Shown here: positions 24,432 to 34,269 of the stretch, one piece after another
Position numbering within the stretch: position 1 is the stretch's first letter
Layout: each line of letters opens with the position of its first letter
Source: Candidatus Poribacteria bacterium
Lineage (GTDB): Bacteria; Poribacteria; WGA-4E; WGA-3G
Direction of reading: 5' to 3'
DNA: 64,000 nucleotides
Assembly: GCA_965205065.1 (NCBI GenBank)
Contig: CBDBFT010000001.1
Location: 5,681,821-5,745,820, forward strand
Notes under the pieces: generated by a model
Database searches by the model: none
What the model saw: only the letters and a program-made list of their open reading frames with translations
Told to the model about the DNA's origin: nothing
Made by a program: the position numbers and the translations under genes

Positions 24432-26858
24432 TTGAGAAGTTTAACTATTTCAAAATCAGCATATCCACAATCTTCAAGTCAAGATTTTGGGGTAATTCAC
24501 CCTATTTTGCTGATCCTCATTGCGGGTATGTTTTTATGTCTACCACATAAGATGGTATTTGCTCAGACCGTCACAATTCCGGATACTAACCTTCGTGCTG
24601 CACTCGAGTCAGCATTGGGTAAACTCGAAGGTGACGACATTACGAAAGCGGATATGGCAAGTTTACAATCGCTTCAAGCCAGCAGATGTCGCTTTGCAAG
24701 CTTATCAGAGAAAGGATGGCGATCACCTGACCGATGGATATGTCAGTTAACAGAGAATACTATCATATCTGAAATTCAAGATTTATCAGGTCTTGAGTTT
24801 GCTATCAATCTAAGAGAATTGCGACTGGGTCGCAATAAAATATCGGATATTACGCCACTTAAAGGTCTTACAAAACTAACATATCTGGACCTTGGACACA
24901 ACAGATTAATATCGGATGTTTCTCCACTCAAAGATCTAATAAGATTGACACATCTGTACCTCAGGGTAAACCAAATAAGAGATATATCACCATTAAAAAC
25001 ATTAGTAAATTTGGTAGAATTAGACCTTCACGCGAACCAGGTATCAAATATATCCTCACTTCAAGATTTGACGAAGATTGCATACCTGGATATTAGTCTG
25101 AATAGAGTGTCAGATTTGTCTCCACTCAATACCTTAATTGATCTGACTGTTCTTATTCTTCGCGATAACGACATATCAGATGTGTCATCTATCAGAGACC
25201 TGACGAAACTAACGCACCTATATCTTGGTGTTAACCAGATCATCAATATCTCACCACTCAAGGATTTAATAGAGCTAAAAGAATTAGATTTTGAAGAAAA
25301 TTTGTTGTCAGATATATCTGCACTTACCAACTTAACTAAACTGACATGGTTGGACCTTGACACCAACAATATATCAGATGCGTCACCACTCAGAAATTTG
25401 AAAAGACTGGGACTGCTGGATTTATCTGACAACATGGTATCAGACATTTCACCATTAGATGCTATGATAAATCTGGTATACTTAGATATTGACGACAATC
25501 CAATCTCAGATGTGTTTCCGCTTGGAAATCTAACCAATTTGACATATATCGATTTAGACCAAACCACGATATCAGATATATCGCCACTTGCCAACTTAAC
25601 AAAACTGGCATGGTTGGACCTTCAAGGTAACGAAATATCGGATATATCGCCACTCAAAAACTTGACAGAATTAACATATCTTGATATTAATGCAAACAAA
25701 ATAAGTGATGTGTCAGCTCTTCGTAATTTGACTAATCTAACGGAATTAGATCTTGACGAAAACGAGATATTTGATGTCTCACCGCTCGAAAATTTGACAA
25801 ATCTAACGATACTGGATATTCACAATAATAAAATTTCAGATTTGTCCCCACTTAGAAACTTGAGAGGTCTAATTGAATTAGATCTGGATGACAATAATAT
25901 ATCAGATATTTCCTATCTCAAGTATATGAGAAAACTGAAGATACTTGACCTTGATGGCAACAGAATATCGGATATATCGGCATTGCAGAATATGATAAAT
26001 CTAATTGAACTTGATCTTCACGACAACCATATATCAAATGTGTTACCACTCAAAGGATTGATACACTTGTCAATATTGGATCTCAGCGAAAACCGGATTT
26101 CGGATTTCTCACCCATCGCTGGTATAATAGAGAATTTAGTAGAATATGATGCCAGTAACCAAACAGTTTCGGCATATAAACCTGAAGATGTGAACAGAGA
26201 TGGTACTGTAAATATTGCGGATCTGCTTTTAGTTGCTTCTCACTTTATCGATCCTGATTTGGAGTCTCTTGCAGATATGAACATCTATCCGGATGTGAAC
26301 TACGATGAAGTTATTAATTTAATTGATCTGCTTCTTGTTGCAGCAGCGATAGATGCGGTTGCTGGTGCCCCATTACTAAACAAAAATCTAATTGAAGCAT
26401 CTAATCTCACAGTTGAAAACCTTACCCAATGGCTAAATGACGCTAAACAGCTTGAGATGGACGATCCACTTATGCACATTCCACATTTACAAAAGGGGAT
26501 TGCTTTTTTGGAACAACTCTTGGAGAGTCTTTCCAACGGAAACGTGCTGCCAAAAGAAACAGCACTATTGACGAATTACCCGAATCCGTTTAACCCTGAG
26601 ACATGGATCCCTTACCAATTGGCTAAACCCGCAAAGGTTGTCATCTCAATCTATTCTGCAGAAGGTCATCACGTACGGCGTTTGGATTTGGGACACTTAC
26701 CTGCGGGTGTCTATCAGAGCAAATCACGAGCAGCATATTGGGATGGTAAAAATGCGTTCGGTGAGTCTGTCGCAAGTGGGATTTATTTCTATACACTTAC
26801 TACAGATACCAGCACATATAATTTTAGTGCCATTGGGAAAATGTTAATCGTAAAATAG
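24432..26858 (+). CDS. Secreted internalin-type LRR protein 3 with the same C-terminal cassette
   Basis: 808 aa. Signal-like ILLILIAGMFLCLPHKMVFA/QT. IPDTNLRAALESALGK. Cys insert CRFASL...RWICQ. About 19 LRRs. DVNRDGTVNIADL and DVNYDEVINLIDL. LTNYPNPFNPETWIPYQL...GIYFYTL...KMLIVK. Confidence 0.85.
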   Translation: MRSLTISKSAYPQSSSQDFGVIHPILLILIAGMFLCLPHKMVFAQTVTIPDTNLRAALESALGKLEGDDITKADMASLQSLQASRCRFASLSEKGWRSPDRWICQLTENTIISEIQDLSGLEFAINLRELRLGRNKISDITPLKGLTKLTYLDLGHNRLISDVSPLKDLIRLTHLYLRVNQIRDISPLKTLVNLVELDLHANQVSNISSLQDLTKIAYLDISLNRVSDLSPLNTLIDLTVLILRDNDISDVSSIRDLTKLTHLYLGVNQIINISPLKDLIELKELDFEENLLSDISALTNLTKLTWLDLDTNNISDASPLRNLKRLGLLDLSDNMVSDISPLDAMINLVYLDIDDNPISDVFPLGNLTNLTYIDLDQTTISDISPLANLTKLAWLDLQGNEISDISPLKNLTELTYLDINANKISDVSALRNLTNLTELDLDENEIFDVSPLENLTNLTILDIHNNKISDLSPLRNLRGLIELDLDDNNISDISYLKYMRKLKILDLDGNRISDISALQNMINLIELDLHDNHISNVLPLKGLIHLSILDLSENRISDFSPIAGIIENLVEYDASNQTVSAYKPEDVNRDGTVNIADLLLVASHFIDPDLESLADMNIYPDVNYDEVINLIDLLLVAAAIDAVAGAPLLNKNLIEASNLTVENLTQWLNDAKQLEMDDPLMHIPHLQKGIAFLEQLLESLSNGNVLPKETALLTNYPNPFNPETWIPYQLAKPAKVVISIYSAEGHHVRRLDLGHLPAGVYQSKSRAAYWDGKNAFGESVASGIYFYTLTTDTSTYNFSAIGKMLIVK

Positions 26859-26892
26859 AGTTAAGTCACACACGGATAGATTAGGAGGAAAA

Positions 26893-29553
26893 ATGCGAAA
26901 TTTGGTACTTTTATTGGTTTTCTGTTCAGCATCTTCAGCATGGGGAGGCATTCAATTTCAGGATGTCTCACATCAAGCAGGAATCACACGCATCGGTGAA
27001 AGTTGGGGAAATGCTTGGGGTGATTTTGATGGAGATGGATACCTCGATTTATGGGCAACAAACCATAAACATAAACCGAGTCTTTATCGTAATAATCAAG
27101 ATGGAACTTTCACAGATATTATTGATGAAGTATGGGATGCTTATCATTTTGCGGACACGCATGGGGTTGCATGGGCAGATTTTGATAATGATGGTGACCA
27201 AGACCTGATTGTATTATGTGGTGCTGGTGGCGGTGTTAACCGTCTAAACAGAAAACATTACAATCATTTTTATGTCAATGAAAATGGTAGGCTAAATGAA
27301 CGGGCGACTGAATTCGGAATTGACATACCCCTACTTCGGGGTAGAGCTCCTCTCTGGTTCGATTGGAACAGAGATGGATTATTAGATCTGCTTGTCACAG
27401 GCAAAACACAAACTGATGGGTCAGGAGCACTCGTACATTCAACCATATTTGAACAAACCGAAGTAGGATTTGAAAATGTAAATATTGAATCAGGATGCCA
27501 TATTCACGAAAATTCCTCATTAGCACAACTTGTTGATGTTACTGGAGATGGGGCAATGGAGATTTTTGTAGAGGGAAGTCTTTATCCAGCACATATATAT
27601 GACACGTCAAGCATGCCATTTAATGACATAAAAGATACCTTCAATTTTCCTAAAGTCTACAGTGTTCAGGATGCCACTTTTGCCGATTTCAACGGTGATT
27701 TAGTACCAGATGCGTTCTTAGCACGCGGTGTGTATCGTTCGTTTATTGATACTTCTAAAGCAGAGACTTTACAAGGATCAAGTGAACCTATTAATCCTGA
27801 TACGTATCCTTACAAAATACAGATAAATATTAAAATAAACGTTGGTCAGAAGGGTTTTACATTTCAGACAGATGGTTCCGTAAAGTTTGAAGTGCATTCC
27901 GATTGGGCATCTCAACTCCACCACTTAGCAATCGGTAAAGATGCACTTAATGTATACGCTTTGGATGGTGAATTTACGCCGACAGATTTGGAACGTAATG
28001 TATCCTCCTTTTCATTCACTCTTGATCCTGCTGACCCAAGGGTTAGCGGATTAGCGGAACGACCAAAAAACGAGAACTGGAGGACTTATGTTGGATACGA
28101 CCCAGATTCAAATGAATGGACAGTGTTATACAATACAATGCCAGCTATTGACACAAACTGGACTGGATTTGAGGCTCTCATATCTTCGAAGAATCCGATT
28201 GTAGATGTTGAACATATTAACTTCAGTGGGTTTGATCTGACCTATCAACCGAAATCCATACTTTGTACGATAACACCACCTAACAACTTCAAGAGTATTA
28301 ATTTTGTTGATGCGTTTGAAGTACGTTCTGTTGCATCAGGTGATTTTGATAACGATATGGATGTAGACCTTTATGTCGTTCGGTCAACAAGTGCAGCGAA
28401 TCTTCCAAACCAACTTTATGAAAACCGAGGTGATGGTACTTTTATTAAAGTTCCTAATGCTGGCGGGGCAGAAGCAAACACAGAAGGAAAGGGGATGAGT
28501 GTTACCATGGGGGACTATGACTTGGACGGTTACCTTGACCTATTTGTTACAAATGGCAGAGGCGTTTATCCATATAACAATGGACCTGACCAACTTTATC
28601 GCAACATAGGGCAGGGTAACAACTGGCTACAGGTAGATTTGGAGGGGACGATTTCAAATAGAGACGGGATCGGAGCAAAACTCTTTGCTACGACACCTGA
28701 CGGTAAAACTCAACTTCGCGAACGAAATGGGGGGATTCACTGGGCTCAACAGGATCAAAAACGTATACACTTTGGACTTGCACAAAATTTGAAGGTCAGT
28801 GAATTAATCATCTATTGGCCAAGCGGTATCCTACAAAAACTAAACGATATTCCTGTGAACCAAGTCCTACACGTTGTTGAAGAAGGTGATACACCTCTAC
28901 CCTCTGGAGATGTTAATTTAGATGGAAAAGTAGATATATTAGACCTGCTTACAATCGTTGCACATTTTGACACGAGACTACTTTGGAATTCTCAATATGA
29001 TGTTAACAGAGATGGGAAAGTTGACTTGGAAGATGTCGTTTATGTAATTGAGAAAATTGAAGAACAACAGGTTGCGGCAGCCCCAGGAACAAAGAAGGAT
29101 ACAAACACGCTGTCTAAAATTAGTTCTTCTCTCTCGGATGCGGAAATAGCATTCCTACATGCATTCTACGAGAAAATTGAAGAATTATCAGGTCATACTA
29201 CACATAAAATAGTAGTAAAAAGATTTATAGAGAACCTGTTAATGCCTGCTGACGGTCCTATGTTAACAAAACTGTTGCCGAACTATCCAAACCCATTTAA
29301 TCCAGAAACATGGATACCTTATCAACTTTCGGAGAGTGAAGAAATCTCAATACGGATTTACAATGCTGCTGGTAAAGTGATAAGAACGGTCTTTTCTGGT
29401 CATCAAGAGTCTGGTTATTATCTTACTCGGGACCGAGCGGCGCATTGGGATGGACGAAATGACGTTGGTGAAGCAGTCGCAAACGGCGTCTATATTTATG
29501 AACTCACAACTCCGTCTTTCAAAAAGACCAGAAGAATGGTTATCCTTAAATAG
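26893..29553 (+). CDS. Secreted FG-GAP/VCBS repeat protein with ASPIC/UnbV domain (CRTAC1-like) and the same C-terminal cassette
   Basis: Sec signal MRNLVLLLVFCSASSAWG. FG-GAP-like GDFDGDGYLDLW, ADFDNDGDQDL, GDFDNDMDVDLY and GDYDLDGYLDLF. ASPIC-like GIGAKL...NGGIHWAQQDQKRIHFGL. GDVNLDGKVDILDL and DVNRDGKVDLEDV. LLPNYPNPFNPETWIPYQL...GVYIYEL...RMVILK. Confidence 0.85.
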   Translation: MRNLVLLLVFCSASSAWGGIQFQDVSHQAGITRIGESWGNAWGDFDGDGYLDLWATNHKHKPSLYRNNQDGTFTDIIDEVWDAYHFADTHGVAWADFDNDGDQDLIVLCGAGGGVNRLNRKHYNHFYVNENGRLNERATEFGIDIPLLRGRAPLWFDWNRDGLLDLLVTGKTQTDGSGALVHSTIFEQTEVGFENVNIESGCHIHENSSLAQLVDVTGDGAMEIFVEGSLYPAHIYDTSSMPFNDIKDTFNFPKVYSVQDATFADFNGDLVPDAFLARGVYRSFIDTSKAETLQGSSEPINPDTYPYKIQINIKINVGQKGFTFQTDGSVKFEVHSDWASQLHHLAIGKDALNVYALDGEFTPTDLERNVSSFSFTLDPADPRVSGLAERPKNENWRTYVGYDPDSNEWTVLYNTMPAIDTNWTGFEALISSKNPIVDVEHINFSGFDLTYQPKSILCTITPPNNFKSINFVDAFEVRSVASGDFDNDMDVDLYVVRSTSAANLPNQLYENRGDGTFIKVPNAGGAEANTEGKGMSVTMGDYDLDGYLDLFVTNGRGVYPYNNGPDQLYRNIGQGNNWLQVDLEGTISNRDGIGAKLFATTPDGKTQLRERNGGIHWAQQDQKRIHFGLAQNLKVSELIIYWPSGILQKLNDIPVNQVLHVVEEGDTPLPSGDVNLDGKVDILDLLTIVAHFDTRLLWNSQYDVNRDGKVDLEDVVYVIEKIEEQQVAAAPGTKKDTNTLSKISSSLSDAEIAFLHAFYEKIEELSGHTTHKIVVKRFIENLLMPADGPMLTKLLPNYPNPFNPETWIPYQLSESEEISIRIYNAAGKVIRTVFSGHQESGYYLTRDRAAHWDGRNDVGEAVANGVYIYELTTPSFKKTRRMVILK

Positions 29554-29561
29554 GTGTTTTA

Positions 29562-30557
29562 ATGCAAATACTAATTCTTGACATCGGCTGTTCATTTACA
29601 AAAGGTTACCTGTTCAATGATACATTAGATATCGTTGCAGACTTTAAAGTGGAAACCGATATATCTACACCTGGAACGCTTGAGGTAGGTGTGAGAGCAG
29701 TAATTTCTGAATTTAATAAGCACACCTATCAAGCGATCTTTCCACTTAGTTTTGGAGAAGGTGTTGTCTATAACAATATCATCTACGAACCGACACACAA
29801 CCGTGAGTCGCTCATAGATAACAACTATGGACAGACAGGTACACCTACGGATGTAAAGCGGGATATCGGTTCAGCCTTCCAGTCGCTTCTTACTTTTCCC
29901 TCTTATTCCAATGGACCAGCATTACCCGTGTCAACCTATATCGCTTCAAGACTCTCCAGGACTCAGATAGATAGGTGGGATTTGACCCACGCGGGGAATA
30001 GCGGTATGTTGAACGTTTCTCAGAGACAATGGTTTGTGGAATTGCTCAAAAAACATAAATGTGAGCCACTACCCTTTTCTACAGAATTCATGAGTTCCGC
30101 TACCATTGTAGGACATACAGAAAAAGGAGTTGCTGTTTTTGCTGGTGGACATGATCACAGTTGTATCTCAGTATTTGATCCCAAACCGATTATTATTGCG
30201 GGGACATGGGTGGTTATTAGTTATCCAGAGATAGCATTTATACCGAGAGAACAAGAGAAAAGTGCTGGTATTAGATGGACTATTACTGCAAATGGAGGTT
30301 ATCATAAACAGGTCGTAAAAAAAGTCTCCAATCCAATTACGGTTGCTGATATGAATTATATTATCTCAATCTACGAACGGATGCGAGTCCCCGAAAAATC
30401 GGAAGTCTATGTTATTGGCGGATATGGAGAAAAACTTGCTCCTGAGATGGATAGATTAGAGAGCCCATACCACTTTATAGCACCTCCAGAAGCGGAAGTA
30501 TACCAGCACAGACAGACAGCAAGATACGCATTTAGAGCATTGGAGCTACATAAGTGA
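29562..30557 (+). CDS. Short FGGY-family (rhamnulokinase/fuculokinase-like) carbohydrate kinase
   Basis: ILILDIGCSFTKG (phosphate-1 type), RWDLTHAGNSGMLNVSQRQW, FAGGHDHSCIS and AGTWVVIS resemble FGGY motifs. Only 331 aa. The stop overlaps the next gene. Confidence 0.5.
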   Translation: MQILILDIGCSFTKGYLFNDTLDIVADFKVETDISTPGTLEVGVRAVISEFNKHTYQAIFPLSFGEGVVYNNIIYEPTHNRESLIDNNYGQTGTPTDVKRDIGSAFQSLLTFPSYSNGPALPVSTYIASRLSRTQIDRWDLTHAGNSGMLNVSQRQWFVELLKKHKCEPLPFSTEFMSSATIVGHTEKGVAVFAGGHDHSCISVFDPKPIIIAGTWVVISYPEIAFIPREQEKSAGIRWTITANGGYHKQVVKKVSNPITVADMNYIISIYERMRVPEKSEVYVIGGYGEKLAPEMDRLESPYHFIAPPEAEVYQHRQTARYAFRALELHK

Positions 30558-30967
30558 AAACTGTTTTAGTTACGGGATGTTTCGACCTATTTCACTACGG
30601 ACATCTCAAATTTTTGGAAGCATCTGCCGCTTGTGGAGATTATCTTATCGTCGGTGTTGCTGAGGATGATACGGTACGTCGCGTCAAAGGGGAAAATAGA
30701 CCTATCTATCCACTTGAACATCGGATGGCACTTATAGATGCATGTAGACATGTAGATAAAGTTGAGGTATTCTCTTTAGAGTCTCAGCTGGATTTAGTTG
30801 CTCAAGTATCGCCGGATGTATGTGTCGAAGGTGCTGACGGTAACGCGAGGCTCAGAGAGATTCTTGAAGAGTTAGGTGTTAATACCCCAGTTCAGACAGT
30901 ATATACGGATTATATCCATACGACTGATATTGTCAGAAAGATCCTCAATGTATCATCAGGGACTTGA
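30554..30967 (+). CDS. Cytidylyltransferase-like nucleotidyltransferase (TagD / RfaE domain II type)
   Basis: 137 aa. VLVTGCFDLFHYGHLKFL carries the HxGH signature. 4-nt overlap with the upstream kinase. Confidence 0.8.
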   Translation: MKTVLVTGCFDLFHYGHLKFLEASAACGDYLIVGVAEDDTVRRVKGENRPIYPLEHRMALIDACRHVDKVEVFSLESQLDLVAQVSPDVCVEGADGNARLREILEELGVNTPVQTVYTDYIHTTDIVRKILNVSSGT

Positions 30968-30979
30968 GAATACCAGAAT

Positions 30980-32347
30980 TTGAAGCAGACTCACACGCAA
31001 GACCTATCTAAAAAGTTGAGAACTTTTGCCAAAATTTTGAGGCATGAACCTACACCTTGGGTAATGTTAATTACTTTTTCAGGGATGTGTTTGAGTCTCA
31101 TTTTTCATATCTTAATACCGTGGCAGCTTGATGTCAGCGAATCTGCGGATGCTCTAATTGCAGCATTAAAGGTCGTTCTTATAGTTGACATAATTTTTCG
31201 TGAGGGGGCAAAATTCAGTCTTGTTCCTCTTTTTATTGCTGAGGAAAGAACGAGAGTAAGCGTTGATTTTCAACGTTTCACAAGTGGTATCATAAACTTC
31301 TCACTATGTGTGGGTGTAGTTTTGATGTTGCTACTTACTTTACTGTCAACGCAAATAGCAGGTCTTTTACTTTCAAGTAGAACGGGTACGGTTCAAGCGG
31401 AAATGGCAACCCTCTTGCGATGGAGTGCACCGTTAGTCATCTTCGGTTCTGGGAGTACGATACTCGGTGCTTATTTAAATAGCCGAAAACACTTCAAGAC
31501 GGTAGCATTTCGAAATACGCTTCCACCAATGTTAGCAATCATAGTTTTGCTTTTTTGGACAGATACAGAGCAGTTAGTGTATTCTGTTTCTATTGCTTAT
31601 GCGGGTGGTTTTTTGGTCTACTTTGCGTGGCTGTGTTTTGGCATGTATCGCACCGGATACAGATATAGTTTTTCTTGGATTTCTATTGATGCGCTACGGT
31701 CTCTCAAGGATGCAATTTCTCTCCCAACAATGGGTTTCGCAATCCGGCAGTTGAGTGCAAGGATAATAGTTGAAGTTCTATTGGTTGGAAGACTGGGGAA
31801 AGGTGCTATTACACTATACAACAGTGCATTTCGTATTTTCTCTGCGATCCAGACACTGATTGGGATTAGTATAGCAACTACAGGATTGCCAGAAATGACA
31901 ACTGATAGCATTGAGAAAGACCTTAGAAAGCTGAATCAATCTCTATTACGCAAGTTACGTTGGGTGATATGTATTGCTATTCCACTATCCATCGTACTTT
32001 TTTTGGGTGCATCAAGAATTGCGCAGCTCCTATTTAGTGGGGATAAGTTCAATCCACAGGCTATAGAACAAATTGGAAAGCTCCTGATGTGGTTGAGTTT
32101 AGGAACAGTCTTTTCTTGCATGATTCCAGTATTAAATGCAGGTCTCTATGCACAGAAGGAATATGGATTGGTTTTCAGAAATATGGTGACTATGGCAGTC
32201 TTGAACCTCCTTATTGCAGTAGTGCTTTTGTCTGTTTGGGGACTCAACGGTATAGCGTTAACGATCTCTATTACGGCTTTCCTTGCCGTAGGTAATTTGG
32301 TTTTTCTTCTTAGTAAGTCAGGCGTGTTCTTTGTAAGAGGGACTTAG
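30980..32347 (+). CDS. Polysaccharide flippase (MOP superfamily, Wzx/MurJ-like)
   Basis: 455 aa, about 12-14 predicted hydrophobic helices, located in a polysaccharide locus. TTG start. Confidence 0.6.
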   Translation: MKQTHTQDLSKKLRTFAKILRHEPTPWVMLITFSGMCLSLIFHILIPWQLDVSESADALIAALKVVLIVDIIFREGAKFSLVPLFIAEERTRVSVDFQRFTSGIINFSLCVGVVLMLLLTLLSTQIAGLLLSSRTGTVQAEMATLLRWSAPLVIFGSGSTILGAYLNSRKHFKTVAFRNTLPPMLAIIVLLFWTDTEQLVYSVSIAYAGGFLVYFAWLCFGMYRTGYRYSFSWISIDALRSLKDAISLPTMGFAIRQLSARIIVEVLLVGRLGKGAITLYNSAFRIFSAIQTLIGISIATTGLPEMTTDSIEKDLRKLNQSLLRKLRWVICIAIPLSIVLFLGASRIAQLLFSGDKFNPQAIEQIGKLLMWLSLGTVFSCMIPVLNAGLYAQKEYGLVFRNMVTMAVLNLLIAVVLLSVWGLNGIALTISITAFLAVGNLVFLLSKSGVFFVRGT

Positions 32348-32376
32348 TATGGTAATACGGGACAAAGGTGCTATAA

Positions 32377-33354
32377 ATGACCAAAAAAAACACCGATTCA
32401 GAAAAACCTGTCAGTGACTATCAATATCTGATTGTGGGTGGGACAACAAAGGCAGCAACAACGTCCCTATTCTCTTATCTGGCAGACCATCCAACAATCT
32501 GTGCTGCGTCGTACAAGGAGACACGTTTCTTTCTTGACTCTGACTATCCGTTACCCTCAAAATTCAGATTTAAAGGTGATGTTGAAGAATACAATCAGTT
32601 GTTTACAGATTGTGATGAAAATCAGATAAGACTTGAGTCTACACCAGATTATCTCTACTGTTCTTATGCGCTTGAGAGAATTGCGGGGTTTTTACCACAT
32701 GCAAAATTGGTCTTCAGTCTTCGAGAGCCTATTTCAAGATTAGTTTCGTGGTATCGGTTTGCAGTTCAGATAGGAAGGCTGCCGAAGAGTCTTAACTTTG
32801 ATGATTATGCTGAAAGTCTACTTTCTGATACAGAACAGCAGGATTTAATGCGTGATGCAAAACCTTCTGACGTTCCCCAGTATATGCAGGCACTTCAGCA
32901 AGGTTGTTATAGCGATTATCTCAAACGGTATTATCGTATAATTGGTAAGCATCAAATATATACGTTGTTTTTTGAAGAACTTGCAGAGAACCCATTAAAA
33001 GTGCTTATTGATATTTGTAAATTTGCTGGGATTGAATCTGATTTCTATAAGGATTACACATTTAAGGTTACAAATCAAACTGAAACGATGCGGAATTCTG
33101 GGTTACATAACAACTATAGAACGTTAAGATACAAAATTCGGAAGTGGACACACAATAAACCGATAATACATGAACCGCTACGGGCAATGAAAAAAGCTAT
33201 AGAACCTTTATATCTGCGTTTAAATACTCGGTCTGAAGACGCTGTTTCCATATCGGATAAAACCCGTAGTCGGTTAATTGCGTATTTTAGATCGGATGTT
33301 GATGATCTGAGCAAGTTAATTGGTAAGAAACCACCATGGCAACCTTTTGAATAG
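32377..33354 (+). CDS. Sulfotransferase 1 (PAPS-dependent, Sulfotransfer_1-like)
   Basis: 5'-PSB loop LIVGGTTKAATTSLFSYLADHP. 3'-PB region SLREPISRLVSWY. Confidence 0.8.
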   Translation: MTKKNTDSEKPVSDYQYLIVGGTTKAATTSLFSYLADHPTICAASYKETRFFLDSDYPLPSKFRFKGDVEEYNQLFTDCDENQIRLESTPDYLYCSYALERIAGFLPHAKLVFSLREPISRLVSWYRFAVQIGRLPKSLNFDDYAESLLSDTEQQDLMRDAKPSDVPQYMQALQQGCYSDYLKRYYRIIGKHQIYTLFFEELAENPLKVLIDICKFAGIESDFYKDYTFKVTNQTETMRNSGLHNNYRTLRYKIRKWTHNKPIIHEPLRAMKKAIEPLYLRLNTRSEDAVSISDKTRSRLIAYFRSDVDDLSKLIGKKPPWQPFE

Positions 33355-33363
33355 GTTTTACGC

Positions 33364-34260
33364 ATGAATATTAAAGCAGAATCACTTATTAAATTGATGA
33401 TTGTTGGTGCTCAGAAGTCAGGCACTTCATCACTATTGCAATACTTAGCGCAACATCCGGATATCTACACACATCCTCAACCGGAGTTGACATATTTTCT
33501 TCAAGATCATGAATACGAAAAAGGATATGATCGAGCTTACACAAAATACTTCTCAAAATGTCCGCCAGATAAGACATTGATTGCGAAGAACGTGATGGTT
33601 ATGTGTTCGGCAGATAGAATGCAACGCATTCAGGAACATAATCCTGATATTCATCTTGTGATCCTCTTGCGTGAACCCGTTTCGCGGGCATACTCAGCAT
33701 ATTGGTGGGCACGTCGTAGAGGATGGGAGAACATCAAGACATTCGAAGCGGCACTTGAAGCAGAAAAAGACCGATTAAATGAAGATTGGTTTAAATGGAG
33801 ACAGTGTGCTTACACATTAAACAGTTTTTATGTTATGCATATAGAGTCCATTATTTCAATGTTTGATATAAAACAGGTTCACTGCATATTGACAGATGAA
33901 TTGAAAGTGGATGCAGGAAACGTGTGTCAAAAGTTATTTAATCTTATGGGTGTAAGCAGTGAATTTGAACCGTTGGTGGAAGAAAAACACAACCAAGCCT
34001 CCATGGCACGTTCAGAATCATTTAGTTTTCTGTTCACACAATTTCTCGCTTCACGGAATCCGTTGCGTCGTGCAATTCGCAAGTTGGTTCCTGATTCGGC
34101 GGCTTACAAAATCAGAAAAGCGGTTTTAGACATTAACGACAAACCTTTTTCACCTCCACCAATAAATCCTCAGACACAGCAAACATTAGCAGAATACTTT
34201 GCTCCTTATAATATTCAGCTTGCACAGTTAATAGGTCAGGATTTATCGCATTGGGATTAG
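33364..34260 (+). CDS. Sulfotransferase 2 (PAPS-dependent, Sulfotransfer_1-like)
   Basis: MIVGAQKSGTSSLLQYLAQHPDI and LLREPVSRAYSAYWW. Confidence 0.85.
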   Translation: MNIKAESLIKLMIVGAQKSGTSSLLQYLAQHPDIYTHPQPELTYFLQDHEYEKGYDRAYTKYFSKCPPDKTLIAKNVMVMCSADRMQRIQEHNPDIHLVILLREPVSRAYSAYWWARRRGWENIKTFEAALEAEKDRLNEDWFKWRQCAYTLNSFYVMHIESIISMFDIKQVHCILTDELKVDAGNVCQKLFNLMGVSSEFEPLVEEKHNQASMARSESFSFLFTQFLASRNPLRRAIRKLVPDSAAYKIRKAVLDINDKPFSPPPINPQTQQTLAEYFAPYNIQLAQLIGQDLSHWD

Positions 34261-34269
34261 TAGTTTAGT

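Noticed and set aside
20262-25594. Antisense ORFs inside the LRR genes (for example 20262..20630, 20790..21032, 22799..23260, 25061..25594 at 177 aa)
   Set aside because: The periodic LRR coding sequence yields open antisense frames with reiterated SGD.SDI peptides. The sense-strand LRR proteins are long, complete and have signal peptides and conserved termini.
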